Made by a program: the position numbers and the translations under genes. A stretch of 52,496 nucleotides of DNA from a virus (Duplodnaviria; Caudoviricetes). Shown piece by piece: positions 40,742 to 49,118 of this stretch. Each line of letters opens with the position of its first letter. Position 1 is the first letter of the stretch. The stretch is from the IMG/VR virus record IMGVR_UViG_3300028045_000022, positions 1 to 52,496 of that record; one strand, written 5' to 3'. The notes below the pieces were generated by a model that saw only the letters and a program-made list of their open reading frames with translations, searched no databases and was not told the origin of the DNA.

Positions 40742-42700
40742 TTATAATGCTGGTAATACATATGCACCAGTACTATTAGACCAAAATGTTCCATTAAACC
40801 AAATTGGGTATCCTAAACTTGTATTAAAATATTGTGTACCTGTTGTCACTACACCAGAAGGTCTATCTGCACTTAAACCATAAGATACCTGCGTATCAAC
40901 ATAATTCTTAGTAGCAAAATCATCTGAATCTACTGGATCGTCACCTTTTACTCTGGTTTCAAAATGAAAAGTATCGTTATCACCATTAAATTCAAGTTTT
41001 CTAGTTATTCCTGATGCTGTCATTGCTAAATATGGATTAAATAAACCTGTCGGATATGCAGGAATTGTATTTTCTGTTTCATCATTAACATTTAATGTTA
41101 TTCTATTATATCCACTAGGTGTTATATAATCGACTGTTCCAACTGAACCATTCGAATCTGTACCAATCGTTAATATATCTCTATATAATCTAGCCATTAC
41201 TCTATCAGCTATTTTTGTATCATCGTTAAGTATTAAACCACTACGAGTATATTGTGCCGTTGGTACACTACCTGATCCTTCAATTGAATCTATATAATCA
41301 TATAAGAAATAACCAGCACTTCCAGTACTTGATATATTTTTACCATTAGAGTAAGTATAGAATGCACCTGGATTAATTAAAAATGATGCGCCAGTTTCTA
41401 ATGGTGCGGTAGTAGTTCCATCTATATCACCAACTGCTAATTGATAATATCCAGAATGTGTATATATAATATTACTATATGAATACCAATAGTCAGAAGA
41501 ACTCATATTAGCATCAACATAACCTTTTGTTGTTAATACTTGATCAGATGCTGCATCAATCATATCATTAGTTGCTTCATCACTAAATGCTAAACCACTA
41601 TTTGTAACTCTAAAAGCATTTAATAATCCACTACTACTTGTACCAATACCAATCTCAAATATTGATTCTTCTTGTGGGTCATTATATTTACCTATTGCTG
41701 TCATATAATCATTATATGCTACTGTAAAATATCCACCAGCATGAGAATAATCGCCATTGGCTATAGAAAAATGACCTTCAGCATGTGCCGAATTAGCATT
41801 AGCCTGAGTACCATTACCTTCAGCATGTGAATAATTACCACTAGCTCTAGTACCAGCACCTTCAGCGTGTGAAGAATTTCCAATTGATGTTGTTGCTTCA
41901 CCTTCAGCATGAGAATATATTCCACTTGTAATAGTATATCCACCTTCAGCATGTGACGAAGCACCTATAGCTTGAGTATTTTCACCTTCAGCATGTGAAG
42001 CATAACCATATGCTTTAGTAATTACACCTTCAGCATGTGCACCTGGTCCACCATCAGTATAAGCCGTAGTGTGAAATCCTTCTGCGTGTCCTGCATAAAT
42101 TCCAGATACTACTGAACTGTCACCTTCAGCGTGAGAAGCAATAGCATATGCTATAGTTCTCATACCTTCAACATGTGAATAATCACCATAAGCAATTGTG
42201 TTATATCCTTCCGCATGCGACGCATCGCCACTAGCCACAGAATAATGACCTTCAGTATGTGAAGCATAACCATATGCTTTAGTTCTCATACCAGTAGCAT
42301 GACTAGTTGATCCTAATGCTCGAGATCCATCACCAAATGCGTGAGCATAATGACCACTAGCATATGTATTTTGACCTGTAGTAAATGAATAAACACCTTC
42401 TGCTCCACCAAGATTACCAGATGTTGTATTTGATAAATCTACAGCGTCTAAACCAATAGTAGTTTTATAAGTTTTATCCTGCGATGATATAGCATAACCA
42501 TTATCGAATTGTATTAATTCTCCACTACCTGACGGATTCTCATATATATAATGTAATACGCCACTTTCATCTTTATATCGTAATGCGTGATTAGAAGGAT
42601 CTTCAGTTGACCATGTTGGCTCTCTATTATACTGAACAGCATCTATTTGTGAATTAGTAGCTTCTAACATCAGATATATACCACTTATATATTGAGCCAT
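40742..42700 (-). CDS. tail spike/fibre with YadA-head-like (SHAEG) repeats
   Basis: About 15 tandem ~14-aa repeats of the form xSHAEGxxTxAxG, followed by FEIGIGT...NAFRV and DFATKNYVD. Confidence 0.8.
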   Translation of the reverse strand: MAQYISGIYLMLEATNSQIDAVQYNREPTWSTEDPSNHALRYKDESGVLHYIYENPSGSGELIQFDNGYAISSQDKTYKTTIGLDAVDLSNTTSGNLGGAEGVYSFTTGQNTYASGHYAHAFGDGSRALGSTSHATGMRTKAYGYASHTEGHYSVASGDASHAEGYNTIAYGDYSHVEGMRTIAYAIASHAEGDSSVVSGIYAGHAEGFHTTAYTDGGPGAHAEGVITKAYGYASHAEGENTQAIGASSHAEGGYTITSGIYSHAEGEATTSIGNSSHAEGAGTRASGNYSHAEGNGTQANANSAHAEGHFSIANGDYSHAGGYFTVAYNDYMTAIGKYNDPQEESIFEIGIGTSSSGLLNAFRVTNSGLAFSDEATNDMIDAASDQVLTTKGYVDANMSSSDYWYSYSNIIYTHSGYYQLAVGDIDGTTTAPLETGASFLINPGAFYTYSNGKNISSTGSAGYFLYDYIDSIEGSGSVPTAQYTRSGLILNDDTKIADRVMARLYRDILTIGTDSNGSVGTVDYITPSGYNRITLNVNDETENTIPAYPTGLFNPYLAMTASGITRKLEFNGDNDTFHFETRVKGDDPVDSDDFATKNYVDTQVSYGLSADRPSGVVTTGTQYFNTSLGYPIWFNGTFWSNSTGAYVLPAL

Positions 42701-42784
42701 AATTTTCTCCACTTATTTATAAAATACATATAGTATTAAAATGATATCAAATGATATCTTATTTTCTACTCTATAGTATAGTAT

Positions 42785-42811
42785 AAAAAAAGAGAAGCTT
42801 TTACGCTTCTC
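42785..42811 (-). terminator. rho-independent terminator
   Basis: Minus strand GAGAAGCG-TAAA-AGCTTCTC followed by T7. Confidence 0.65.
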
Positions 42812-42825
42812 CCTTTATCTAATCA

Positions 42826-43344
42826 TTATATAATTTTAGTACTTTTATATTCTACAAAATCTAACATATATAATCTACTCTTCCTATATCGCCACCATCT
42901 TATTCTTCCTACTAGCGAGCTAATTCCTAACCACTCCAACGCTCCGAGCGGCACGGGGAGGTCAAAATACCGAGAAATCCAATAATACATACGATTAACA
43001 TCTCTAAATCCGATTGGTTGTATACCAAACATATAATCATGTATCATACTCGCTATCTCTGTCCGTGGATCATCATTATCCTTTAACGCTTTTATTATTC
43101 CTGGAGTCGAACTTAAATCCCATATGTATCCTCGCTTAAACAATATGTCATACCTATATCCATCAAATTCATACTTGACCCTTACTGGATCAAGTAAGAT
43201 TCGATAAGCATTCCTATTCCGCATCCTCAACTTCGGTAAATCTATATGCTCACCCTTAAAACTAACTACAACTCTATCATAATTATATTTACTCAAAGTC
43301 GTTGTCTTTACTTCTCCATCTATATCCATGTCATCTATCTTCAT
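42826..43344 (-). CDS. DUF1353-like protein
   Basis: GYIWDLSSTP...ASMIHDYMF matches the DxASxP / AxxHD pattern of DUF1353. Confidence 0.65.
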   Translation of the reverse strand: MKIDDMDIDGEVKTTTLSKYNYDRVVVSFKGEHIDLPKLRMRNRNAYRILLDPVRVKYEFDGYRYDILFKRGYIWDLSSTPGIIKALKDNDDPRTEIASMIHDYMFGIQPIGFRDVNRMYYWISRYFDLPVPLGALEWLGISSLVGRIRWWRYRKSRLYMLDFVEYKSTKII

Positions 43345-43357
43345 CTGTTAACTCCTC

Positions 43358-43846
43358 TTATCTTAATAATATATCACTTATTAGGTCTTCTTGATTTTCT
43401 ACTCTGGTTTCTAACCGCTGTATGCGGTTTAACAATTCAAATATGTTACAACTTTGCTCCAAATCTTCAGATATATATGAGAAATCACCATTAACATTAA
43501 TTATCATACTATCACCAGTTATATTACTAGTTATGTGAAATACAGGATCTATATATTCAGCACTACTACTATCTACACCTACTGCAGACATTGGTGTTGA
43601 TTCTAAGTGCTGAATATAGTCGTGTAGATACACGTTTGTACCATCAGTTGTTGTTGTCATTGTTGATGAAATAGTATGAGCTGGCCCGCTCGTACTACTC
43701 GCACCTAAACCAGACCAAGATGCATCTGTTGATATACCGTGTCTATTTGTTAAATAATTCTCTACAGCAACATCCATATTTAATATATTATCTCGATATC
43801 GTAACCGAGCACCTAATTCATTTGCCGAAGCATATTTTAATTCCAT
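43358..43846 (-). CDS. hypothetical protein
   Basis: ORF track; AGGAG RBS. Confidence 0.65.
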   Translation of the reverse strand: MELKYASANELGARLRYRDNILNMDVAVENYLTNRHGISTDASWSGLGASSTSGPAHTISSTMTTTTDGTNVYLHDYIQHLESTPMSAVGVDSSSAEYIDPVFHITSNITGDSMIINVNGDFSYISEDLEQSCNIFELLNRIQRLETRVENQEDLISDILLR

Positions 43847-44095
43847 CTATTTCTCCTGTATATCTACATTCAATTCATTATTTATTACTTCTAACTCAAA
43901 TATTACACCATCTAAATCTATATCATCTTTCAAATTACCTATCAAATCTATGATCTCGTCAGAGGCCATTTGAGACCCTAACATATTTAATGACTCCTCT
44001 AGTATCCCTATTGCACTTTCTATATGCTCTGATGCACTCTCTGGCTCATCTGATGCGTTGTATAATTCATTTAATGCTCTATCTAAACTTTTCAT
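43847..44095 (-). CDS. small acidic helical protein
   Basis: ATG 44095 follows GGAGGA; TATACTAT at 44158-44165. Confidence 0.6.
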   Translation of the reverse strand: MKSLDRALNELYNASDEPESASEHIESAIGILEESLNMLGSQMASDEIIDLIGNLKDDIDLDGVIFELEVINNELNVDIQEK

Positions 44096-44233
44096 CTTAT
44101 CCTCCAAGGATATTAATCTAATATATATGATCAACGCGTTTTTGTCAATCATATTCTATAGTATATTCACTTTTCCAATTTTATCACCGTTTCGAAATGT
44201 GCAGTGTTCACTATCCCTATATATAGAATCTAG

Positions 44234-44389
44234 TTAAAATTTTATTTTTAATCCTGAAATTAGAGATTTAATGCGATGTCTAATTAGTGGACCAACTGTA
44301 ACCATATCATCTTGAGTTAAAACTGTACCTTTAATAGTATTACAAAACCAACAACATGTACAAATTTTATAATCTTTATCAAATTTCAT
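44234..44389 (-). CDS. 51-aa Cys-rich peptide
   Basis: Manual translation MKFDKDYKICTCCWFCNTIKG...; AAGGA RBS. Confidence 0.5.
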   Translation of the reverse strand: MKFDKDYKICTCCWFCNTIKGTVLTQDDMVTVGPLIRHRIKSLISGLKIKF

Positions 44390-44583
44390 AATTAGTCCTT
44401 TATATAGATTTTGTTAATTTTTTTTGTGAGACGGGAATATTAACGTTTGTATATATACATATATATGTAGCCCACCCCCTTTTATATAATATAGTACAAA
44501 ACAGGGATCCTCGCAAGTATTTTATATAAAATTTCATCATCTGCAACTGCTAGGTTATTATATTATGATCAAAGTAGTTTCGA

Positions 44584-44612
44584 TTGATTCGAGCCTACCC
44601 CCTGTTTATAAT
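44584..44612 (+). promoter_or_regulatory. sigma70/sigmaA-type early promoter
   Basis: TTGATT (44584-44589), 17-nt spacer, TATAAT (44607-44612); predicted +1 at about 44619. Confidence 0.7.
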
Positions 44613-44619
44613 AATAACT

Positions 44620-44747
44620 CTGTGGAAAGTACGGAAAACACAGTATAAACCTTGTACATAACAGGATAAAGCAGTTCCTGAACATATCGTTAAACACTGC
44701 GTAATACCTAGTACAGCTAGGAGAGAGGTGGCTATCATGGCTATCGT
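44620..44747 (+). ncRNA. structured leader, copy 1 (full length)
   Basis: Four hairpins with compensatory changes relative to copy 3; invariant GTGGAAAGTACGGAAAACAC. Confidence 0.7.
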
Positions 44748-45009
44748 AAGAAGAGATGAGCTTGTTGTTGGTGATTGTTTCCATGAACTTAAGGGTAACT
44801 ATGACGAATCATTCAAGTACGTAGGTATTGTATCACTACCATGTGGTAAGTGCTATAGATATGAGCGTACAAACAAAATGACAGGTGTTAAAGACATCAG
44901 TCATACACTGTGTGATTGGGGTATATTTAAGGTCGATGTGTACTATAGCCCTGAAGTTGAAAAGGAAATAGAAACATGTGGCCTATGGAATGAGGAGTAC
45001 GGTGCATAG
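44737..45009 (+). CDS. hypothetical early protein
   Basis: ATG 44737 follows GAGGTGG (MAIVRRDEL...). Confidence 0.7.
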   Translation: MAIVRRDELVVGDCFHELKGNYDESFKYVGIVSLPCGKCYRYERTNKMTGVKDISHTLCDWGIFKVDVYYSPEVEKEIETCGLWNEEYGA

Positions 45010-45033
45010 GTAATATGTGTCATACAACATAAT

Positions 45034-45104
45034 TCGAAACTAGTCGTCCTAATAGGGTGGCTAGTCTGTAGGGGATAAGCTTCCTGCACTGATGAGATAG
45101 CTTA
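45034..45104 (+). ncRNA. type II hammerhead ribozyme
   Basis: Core GAAA (45036-45039), GUC cleavage triplet (45064-45066) and CUGAUGA (45089-45095). Stem III is 12 bp, stem I 7 bp and stem II 2 bp; loop I UAAGCU pairs with 3' AGCUUA. Confidence 0.92.
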
Positions 45105-45140
45105 CGTGGAAAGTACGGAAAACACGTTAAAACTTGTACA
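45104..45140 (+). repeat. structured leader, copy 2 (truncated)
   Basis: ACGTGGAAAGTACGGAAAACACGTTAAAACTTGTACA is identical to 45445-45481. Confidence 0.85.
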
Positions 45141-45181
45141 TTTCGAATTATTAATTTAAAGCTTTTTGAAAGGAGCTTATT

Positions 45182-45367
45182 ATGAAAGTTTATAAAACTA
45201 TTGGTGCAAAATGGCGTTCAGAAAAAATTGTTAATATTAACACTAAAAATGAAGAAGATAAGAGGTATATGATTAAGCTTGCGACTAAGGTTGTAGGTGC
45301 TGGGCTTGTATCTGGTGTTATATACATCGGATATTGTTTAGTATGGATAGCTGCTGGCTTAAACTAG
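45182..45367 (+). CDS. small membrane protein
   Basis: AAGGAG RBS; C-terminal hydrophobic helix. Confidence 0.7.
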   Translation: MKVYKTIGAKWRSEKIVNINTKNEEDKRYMIKLATKVVGAGLVSGVIYIGYCLVWIAAGLN

Positions 45368-45383
45368 TAGATATTCATATTTA

Positions 45384-45437
45384 GAACCCAAATGTGCCTT
45401 CTTGATAGTTCGCTATTGAGAGGGCCATTTTAGGTTT
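45384..45437 (+). promoter_or_regulatory. long hairpin (candidate RNase III site)
   Basis: GCCTTCTTGATAG-TTCG-CTATTGAGAGGGC (13 bp with G-U pairs), extended by AAATG/CATTT and AACC/GGTT. Confidence 0.55.
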
Positions 45438-45444
45438 TATATCT

Positions 45445-45570
45445 ACGTGGAAAGTACGGAAAACACGTTAAAACTTGTACACAACAGGTTACAGTAGTGC
45501 CTGAGCATTTCGCTAAATACTACACAGATTCTAGTACAACTAGAGGAAAGGTGGCTATCATGGCTATCGT
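45445..45570 (+). ncRNA. structured leader, copy 3 (full length)
   Basis: Homologous to 44620-44747 with compensatory base changes. Confidence 0.7.
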
Positions 45571-47740
45571 TAAAACTTTCGCAGCACTCAAAAACATCGT
45601 AACATTTACTAACAACGTTGACATTAAACGTATCAGTAAAGAACAAGAAATCATAAACACTATGTCGAAGGAACAGTACTTCGGCCTAAGCGAACAGGAG
45701 TTTAAAACAATGACAAAGTCTGACTGGTACAAGAATGAAGAAACAAGATTGGATGCTTGGTTTAACCGAAAGGAAAGAGGTCTAGATAATGGACCAATCA
45801 TAAACGTTGATATTATAAAAGAGGCCAGAGCAAAGATGCATGCTGGTATAACTGAAGCTGATAACTTAAGAATTGCACTTAACCGTGCTGAGACAAGGAA
45901 TAACAATATGAAAAAGAACGAACTTCGTGCAGAGAAACGTGCTGCTAAGAAACAAGGGACTGAGATGTCTCTAACTATACATGGGTCTAGTTTTAAAGAT
46001 GAAATAAAGTCTAAATCTAACAAAGGAGTTAGTATGAGAAAGATAAGTATGTCCAAAGAGGCATGGGTTGAGACAATGGTTGCTGAAAATGCGGATTATA
46101 GGTATGGTCCATCAAGATTCTGCAATTGTTTTGATCATAAGGCAATATTAAAGGAGGCTATCAGTGAGCTTAAGGATGAGATCGATTGTCTTGATTCTAT
46201 CACAGATGAAGATAGAATATTATATCTTGAGTCTCAGGTTTTGGACTTGGAAGATATAGTGTATGCACCTCATATAAAGACGGAGTTGAGTACAGATGGA
46301 GCATTTGTATGTCCTGTTTGTAATGAATCATACAAGCACGAAGACTTAAGATTCGATTACATCGACGAAGATGAAATCAGAATTGATACAGAATATGCAG
46401 ATAGACGTAATGCGATTCTAGAGTCATTTAAATCTCCAATGCATAACCCAGAAATGAGTAATGAAATACCTGTTGTGATCGATAAGTGTAAGAAGGTTAA
46501 CCTTATTGGTAAGAACAAAGACACAATAGTAGAAAATGTAAAAGCGCTATTTAATACAGATAGTAATGGATCTCTATCATATGAGGATTATAATAAGTTT
46601 GAAGTTATTGAGAGTCTGATAATGACACCTGATGAACTTATTGCATCTGAAACTAGTAGTGATGGACTTGGTAATGAGTGTATGTCATATGAAGCGTTTA
46701 TGGGTTATGATTCTAATGATATGGAACGTAATGATGGTGATGATACAAATGATACACATGATGAATTGGATATAGCTGGGGCTGTAGATAAGATCTTGCC
46801 TTGGATTGGTGAATCTGTAGATATTAGAGGTATGCTCGACTTCAATGTAAGAAATTCTTTCGAGACAACACATGGTCATAAGTTTATACTAGGTAAGACT
46901 GAAGTTAAAGGTATGTTCGCTGACTACTATTTCACAAATCACACAATACTTAGAGAAAGGATTCAAAAGAAGGCAGAAGCTGCTAAAGCTGGCATAAATA
47001 AAGTGAATCGTATGATAGATATAGAACATGCAGATGGTAGTATTACCGAAGAGCGTAATATATCAGATGATGCATATAATACGTTAATTGAACGTCTAAC
47101 TGATGAATATTACTATTGGATGGCTTGGACTGAAGATGAAGAATGGAATGGTTATAAGAAGGTTCAAAATGGTAGAAATAAATCTATAGATCATGTTAGA
47201 GCTGGTGGTACACTTAAATACTACGTGTATATCAATAGAGATGGTAAGATATGTTTCGGATCTCATCCAGATACATATACAATGACGAGTGCAAAATATA
47301 TCGAACACGGCGATACATACATGTTAGCTGAGGATGACTATGTTGCAACTGCATATAAAGTATTTACTAAGATAGCACCAAGAATAGTTTGGAACTATAA
47401 CACATATAAAGGATATAACTTTGTAAATATAGGTATTAAAGGTAAGGATGGAAAAGTACATATGGGTTATGGTGGATTCGAGAATGGTCTTAAAGATGTG
47501 CTTCTAGATATTTGTGGTCAACCTAGGATGGCTGGAATAAACACATATCGTCAGTTTAATAACTTAGTTGAAACAGATGGTATGACTAAATTTGATTCAT
47601 CTAATGAGTTAATATCAAAACTAGCAGAAATGTTAAAGATCGATATTGTTCAATCAATTAAGAAACATAGATCAAGTAACAAATGGTTAGCTGATATTGA
47701 TGTTAAAGATGATAAAACTTATCGCTTTGAACTCAAATAA
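45560..47740 (+). CDS. large hypothetical early protein (726 aa) with an acidic middle and a CPVC motif
   Basis: ATG 45560 shares its RBS and start context with 44737; in-frame internal AAGGAG plus ATG at 46034. Confidence 0.75.
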   Translation: MAIVKTFAALKNIVTFTNNVDIKRISKEQEIINTMSKEQYFGLSEQEFKTMTKSDWYKNEETRLDAWFNRKERGLDNGPIINVDIIKEARAKMHAGITEADNLRIALNRAETRNNNMKKNELRAEKRAAKKQGTEMSLTIHGSSFKDEIKSKSNKGVSMRKISMSKEAWVETMVAENADYRYGPSRFCNCFDHKAILKEAISELKDEIDCLDSITDEDRILYLESQVLDLEDIVYAPHIKTELSTDGAFVCPVCNESYKHEDLRFDYIDEDEIRIDTEYADRRNAILESFKSPMHNPEMSNEIPVVIDKCKKVNLIGKNKDTIVENVKALFNTDSNGSLSYEDYNKFEVIESLIMTPDELIASETSSDGLGNECMSYEAFMGYDSNDMERNDGDDTNDTHDELDIAGAVDKILPWIGESVDIRGMLDFNVRNSFETTHGHKFILGKTEVKGMFADYYFTNHTILRERIQKKAEAAKAGINKVNRMIDIEHADGSITEERNISDDAYNTLIERLTDEYYYWMAWTEDEEWNGYKKVQNGRNKSIDHVRAGGTLKYYVYINRDGKICFGSHPDTYTMTSAKYIEHGDTYMLAEDDYVATAYKVFTKIAPRIVWNYNTYKGYNFVNIGIKGKDGKVHMGYGGFENGLKDVLLDICGQPRMAGINTYRQFNNLVETDGMTKFDSSNELISKLAEMLKIDIVQSIKKHRSSNKWLADIDVKDDKTYRFELK

Positions 47741-47743
47741 TAT

Positions 47744-47766
47744 TAACTGGGGCTTCGGCCCCTTTT
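47744..47766 (+). terminator. terminator-like hairpin (repeated at 48111)
   Basis: TAACT-GGGGC-TTCG-GCCCC-TTTT. Confidence 0.75.
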
Positions 47767-47803
47767 CTAAGGTATTTAATTAATTTTTAACAAAGGATAT
47801 ATC

Positions 47804-48109
47804 ATGATGAAGATTACAGGAAGTTACAGAATTTGGAAAAAAGGTGGGAACTTTAATAACCAGTTTCTACAAATGTATCTAATCATTGATGGTAAGAGAT
47901 TTGCCTTTAGTGGTTATGTTGATGAGAAGGATATGAGTCAAGTTAATATCTTATTAGCTGCTCATTGGGGTAATCTTAAGGTAACTAAGGATCTTAAGAA
48001 TGACAGAAAATCTGAACATGATGAGTATGTAGATTGGTGTTATGCTAGAGAGCTACACTTGAGTACATATATTGTACCATTTCTAATGCAGATTAAATAT
48101 ATAAAATAA
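47804..48109 (+). CDS. hypothetical protein
   Basis: AAGGA RBS; ORF track. Confidence 0.7.
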   Translation: MMKITGSYRIWKKGGNFNNQFLQMYLIIDGKRFAFSGYVDEKDMSQVNILLAAHWGNLKVTKDLKNDRKSEHDEYVDWCYARELHLSTYIVPFLMQIKYIK

Positions 48110-48110
48110 T

Positions 48111-48133
48111 TAACTGGGGCTACGGCCCATTTT
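48111..48133 (+). terminator. terminator-like hairpin, second copy
   Basis: TAACTG-GGGC-TACG-GCCC-ATTTT. Confidence 0.6.
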
Positions 48134-48148
48134 CTAAAGGATATTATT

Positions 48149-48454
48149 ATGAAAAAGAATATAAAAGTAAGAGAAATTAGTGTAACGATGATGGATAATG
48201 GTAAATATAAGCATGCACTTAGAGTATTTGCAGAATACACATTAATGATTGACATGAAGGTATATATTGAATATAACATAAACACTAATGTGTATAATGT
48301 ATACGTTGGATATATGGCTGCGCATAAAGTAATACTTGAAAACTGTTCAAAAGTAGAAGCTTGGGATAGATTATTAAGTATAAAACATTCAGAAGTATTA
48401 GATATTATTAAAGACATTCGTCGTATGGAATATCTAGCATCTCTTGAATCATAA
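48149..48454 (+). CDS. hypothetical protein
   Basis: AAGGA RBS; ORF track. Confidence 0.7.
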   Translation: MKKNIKVREISVTMMDNGKYKHALRVFAEYTLMIDMKVYIEYNINTNVYNVYVGYMAAHKVILENCSKVEAWDRLLSIKHSEVLDIIKDIRRMEYLASLES

Positions 48455-48459
48455 GGGAT

Positions 48460-48640
48460 TGTTCCTCCGCACACCTCCGCACCCAAAAGCATGCGTCTCG
48501 TCGTTCCTCCTCACCTTACTTTGGTGGTCGCTTCGCTCCATGGGGTTATAGCGGCACTCGTTCCTCGGCCTTATGGACCACTCGTTCCTCGTTCGGATTT
48601 TGGGTGGTCGGTAACATCTAACTGTCACCTCCGCACACAA
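48460..48640. other. GC-rich branched non-coding element
   Basis: CACCCAAAA/TTTTGGGTG closing stem; CTCGTTCCTCG twice; CCTCCGCAC three times. Confidence 0.55.
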
Positions 48641-48764
48641 CAACAGTGGACACGCTCAGTATTATCTGTAACATATATCGTTTGTGTACGCAGGAGTTAA
48701 AAATGTATAGAATGTCTTATTCAGTGTCTATCAAATGGTTGGTAGGCGCAAACAAGGGGTTGTT

Positions 48765-49073
48765 ATGAGAATAACAGTCGGTAGAGTTGGTACCAACAAG
48801 TTTGGTGTAACCAATATCAAGGTTGATAGAACTACCATCCTTGGTAACCCTTTTCCGATGAAGAATCAGTCTGACAATGAACGCACTCGCGTATGTTTAG
48901 AATATGTTAAGTATTTCGTACGCATGGTTAATTCAGCTGGTCCTTTTCGGGACGAAGTTGGGAGAATATATAAGCTTGCTAAGAGTGGTAAGTCTATTAA
49001 TCTCCAATGTCATTGTGCACCTAAGCAGTGTCACGCAGATACAATCAATAAATTTATAGAAAAATATTTATAG
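48765..49073 (+). CDS. DUF4326-like protein
   Basis: VDRTTILGNPF...LQCHCAPKQCHADTI matches the DUF4326 signature (GNPF; LxCxCxPxxCHxD). Confidence 0.8.
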   Translation: MRITVGRVGTNKFGVTNIKVDRTTILGNPFPMKNQSDNERTRVCLEYVKYFVRMVNSAGPFRDEVGRIYKLAKSGKSINLQCHCAPKQCHADTINKFIEKYL

Positions 49074-49118
49074 AATGTCTTAATTGATGTTCTATTTAAC
49101 TTTTTTAAAGGAGTTCAC

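Noticed and set aside
33567-42700. Diversity-generating retroelement or invertase shufflon acting on the fibres
   Set aside because: I saw no reverse transcriptase, recombinase, or template/variable repeat pair differing at adenines in this window.
44620-45481. CRISPR-like array from the ~37-bp GTGGAAAGTACGGAAAACAC repeats
   Set aside because: The spacing is 340-480 bp with ORFs in between, and the covariation indicates leader structure.
45497-45559. ORF-track GTG start for the 747-aa protein (and GTG 44728)
   Set aside because: The extension runs through the structured leader. ATG 45560 and ATG 44737 share the same RBS context and are the better starts.
48449-48700. ORFs 48449-48643 (-) and 48491-48700 (+)
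   Set aside because: They have no clear RBS and atypical composition, and are better explained as by-products of the GC-rich structured element.
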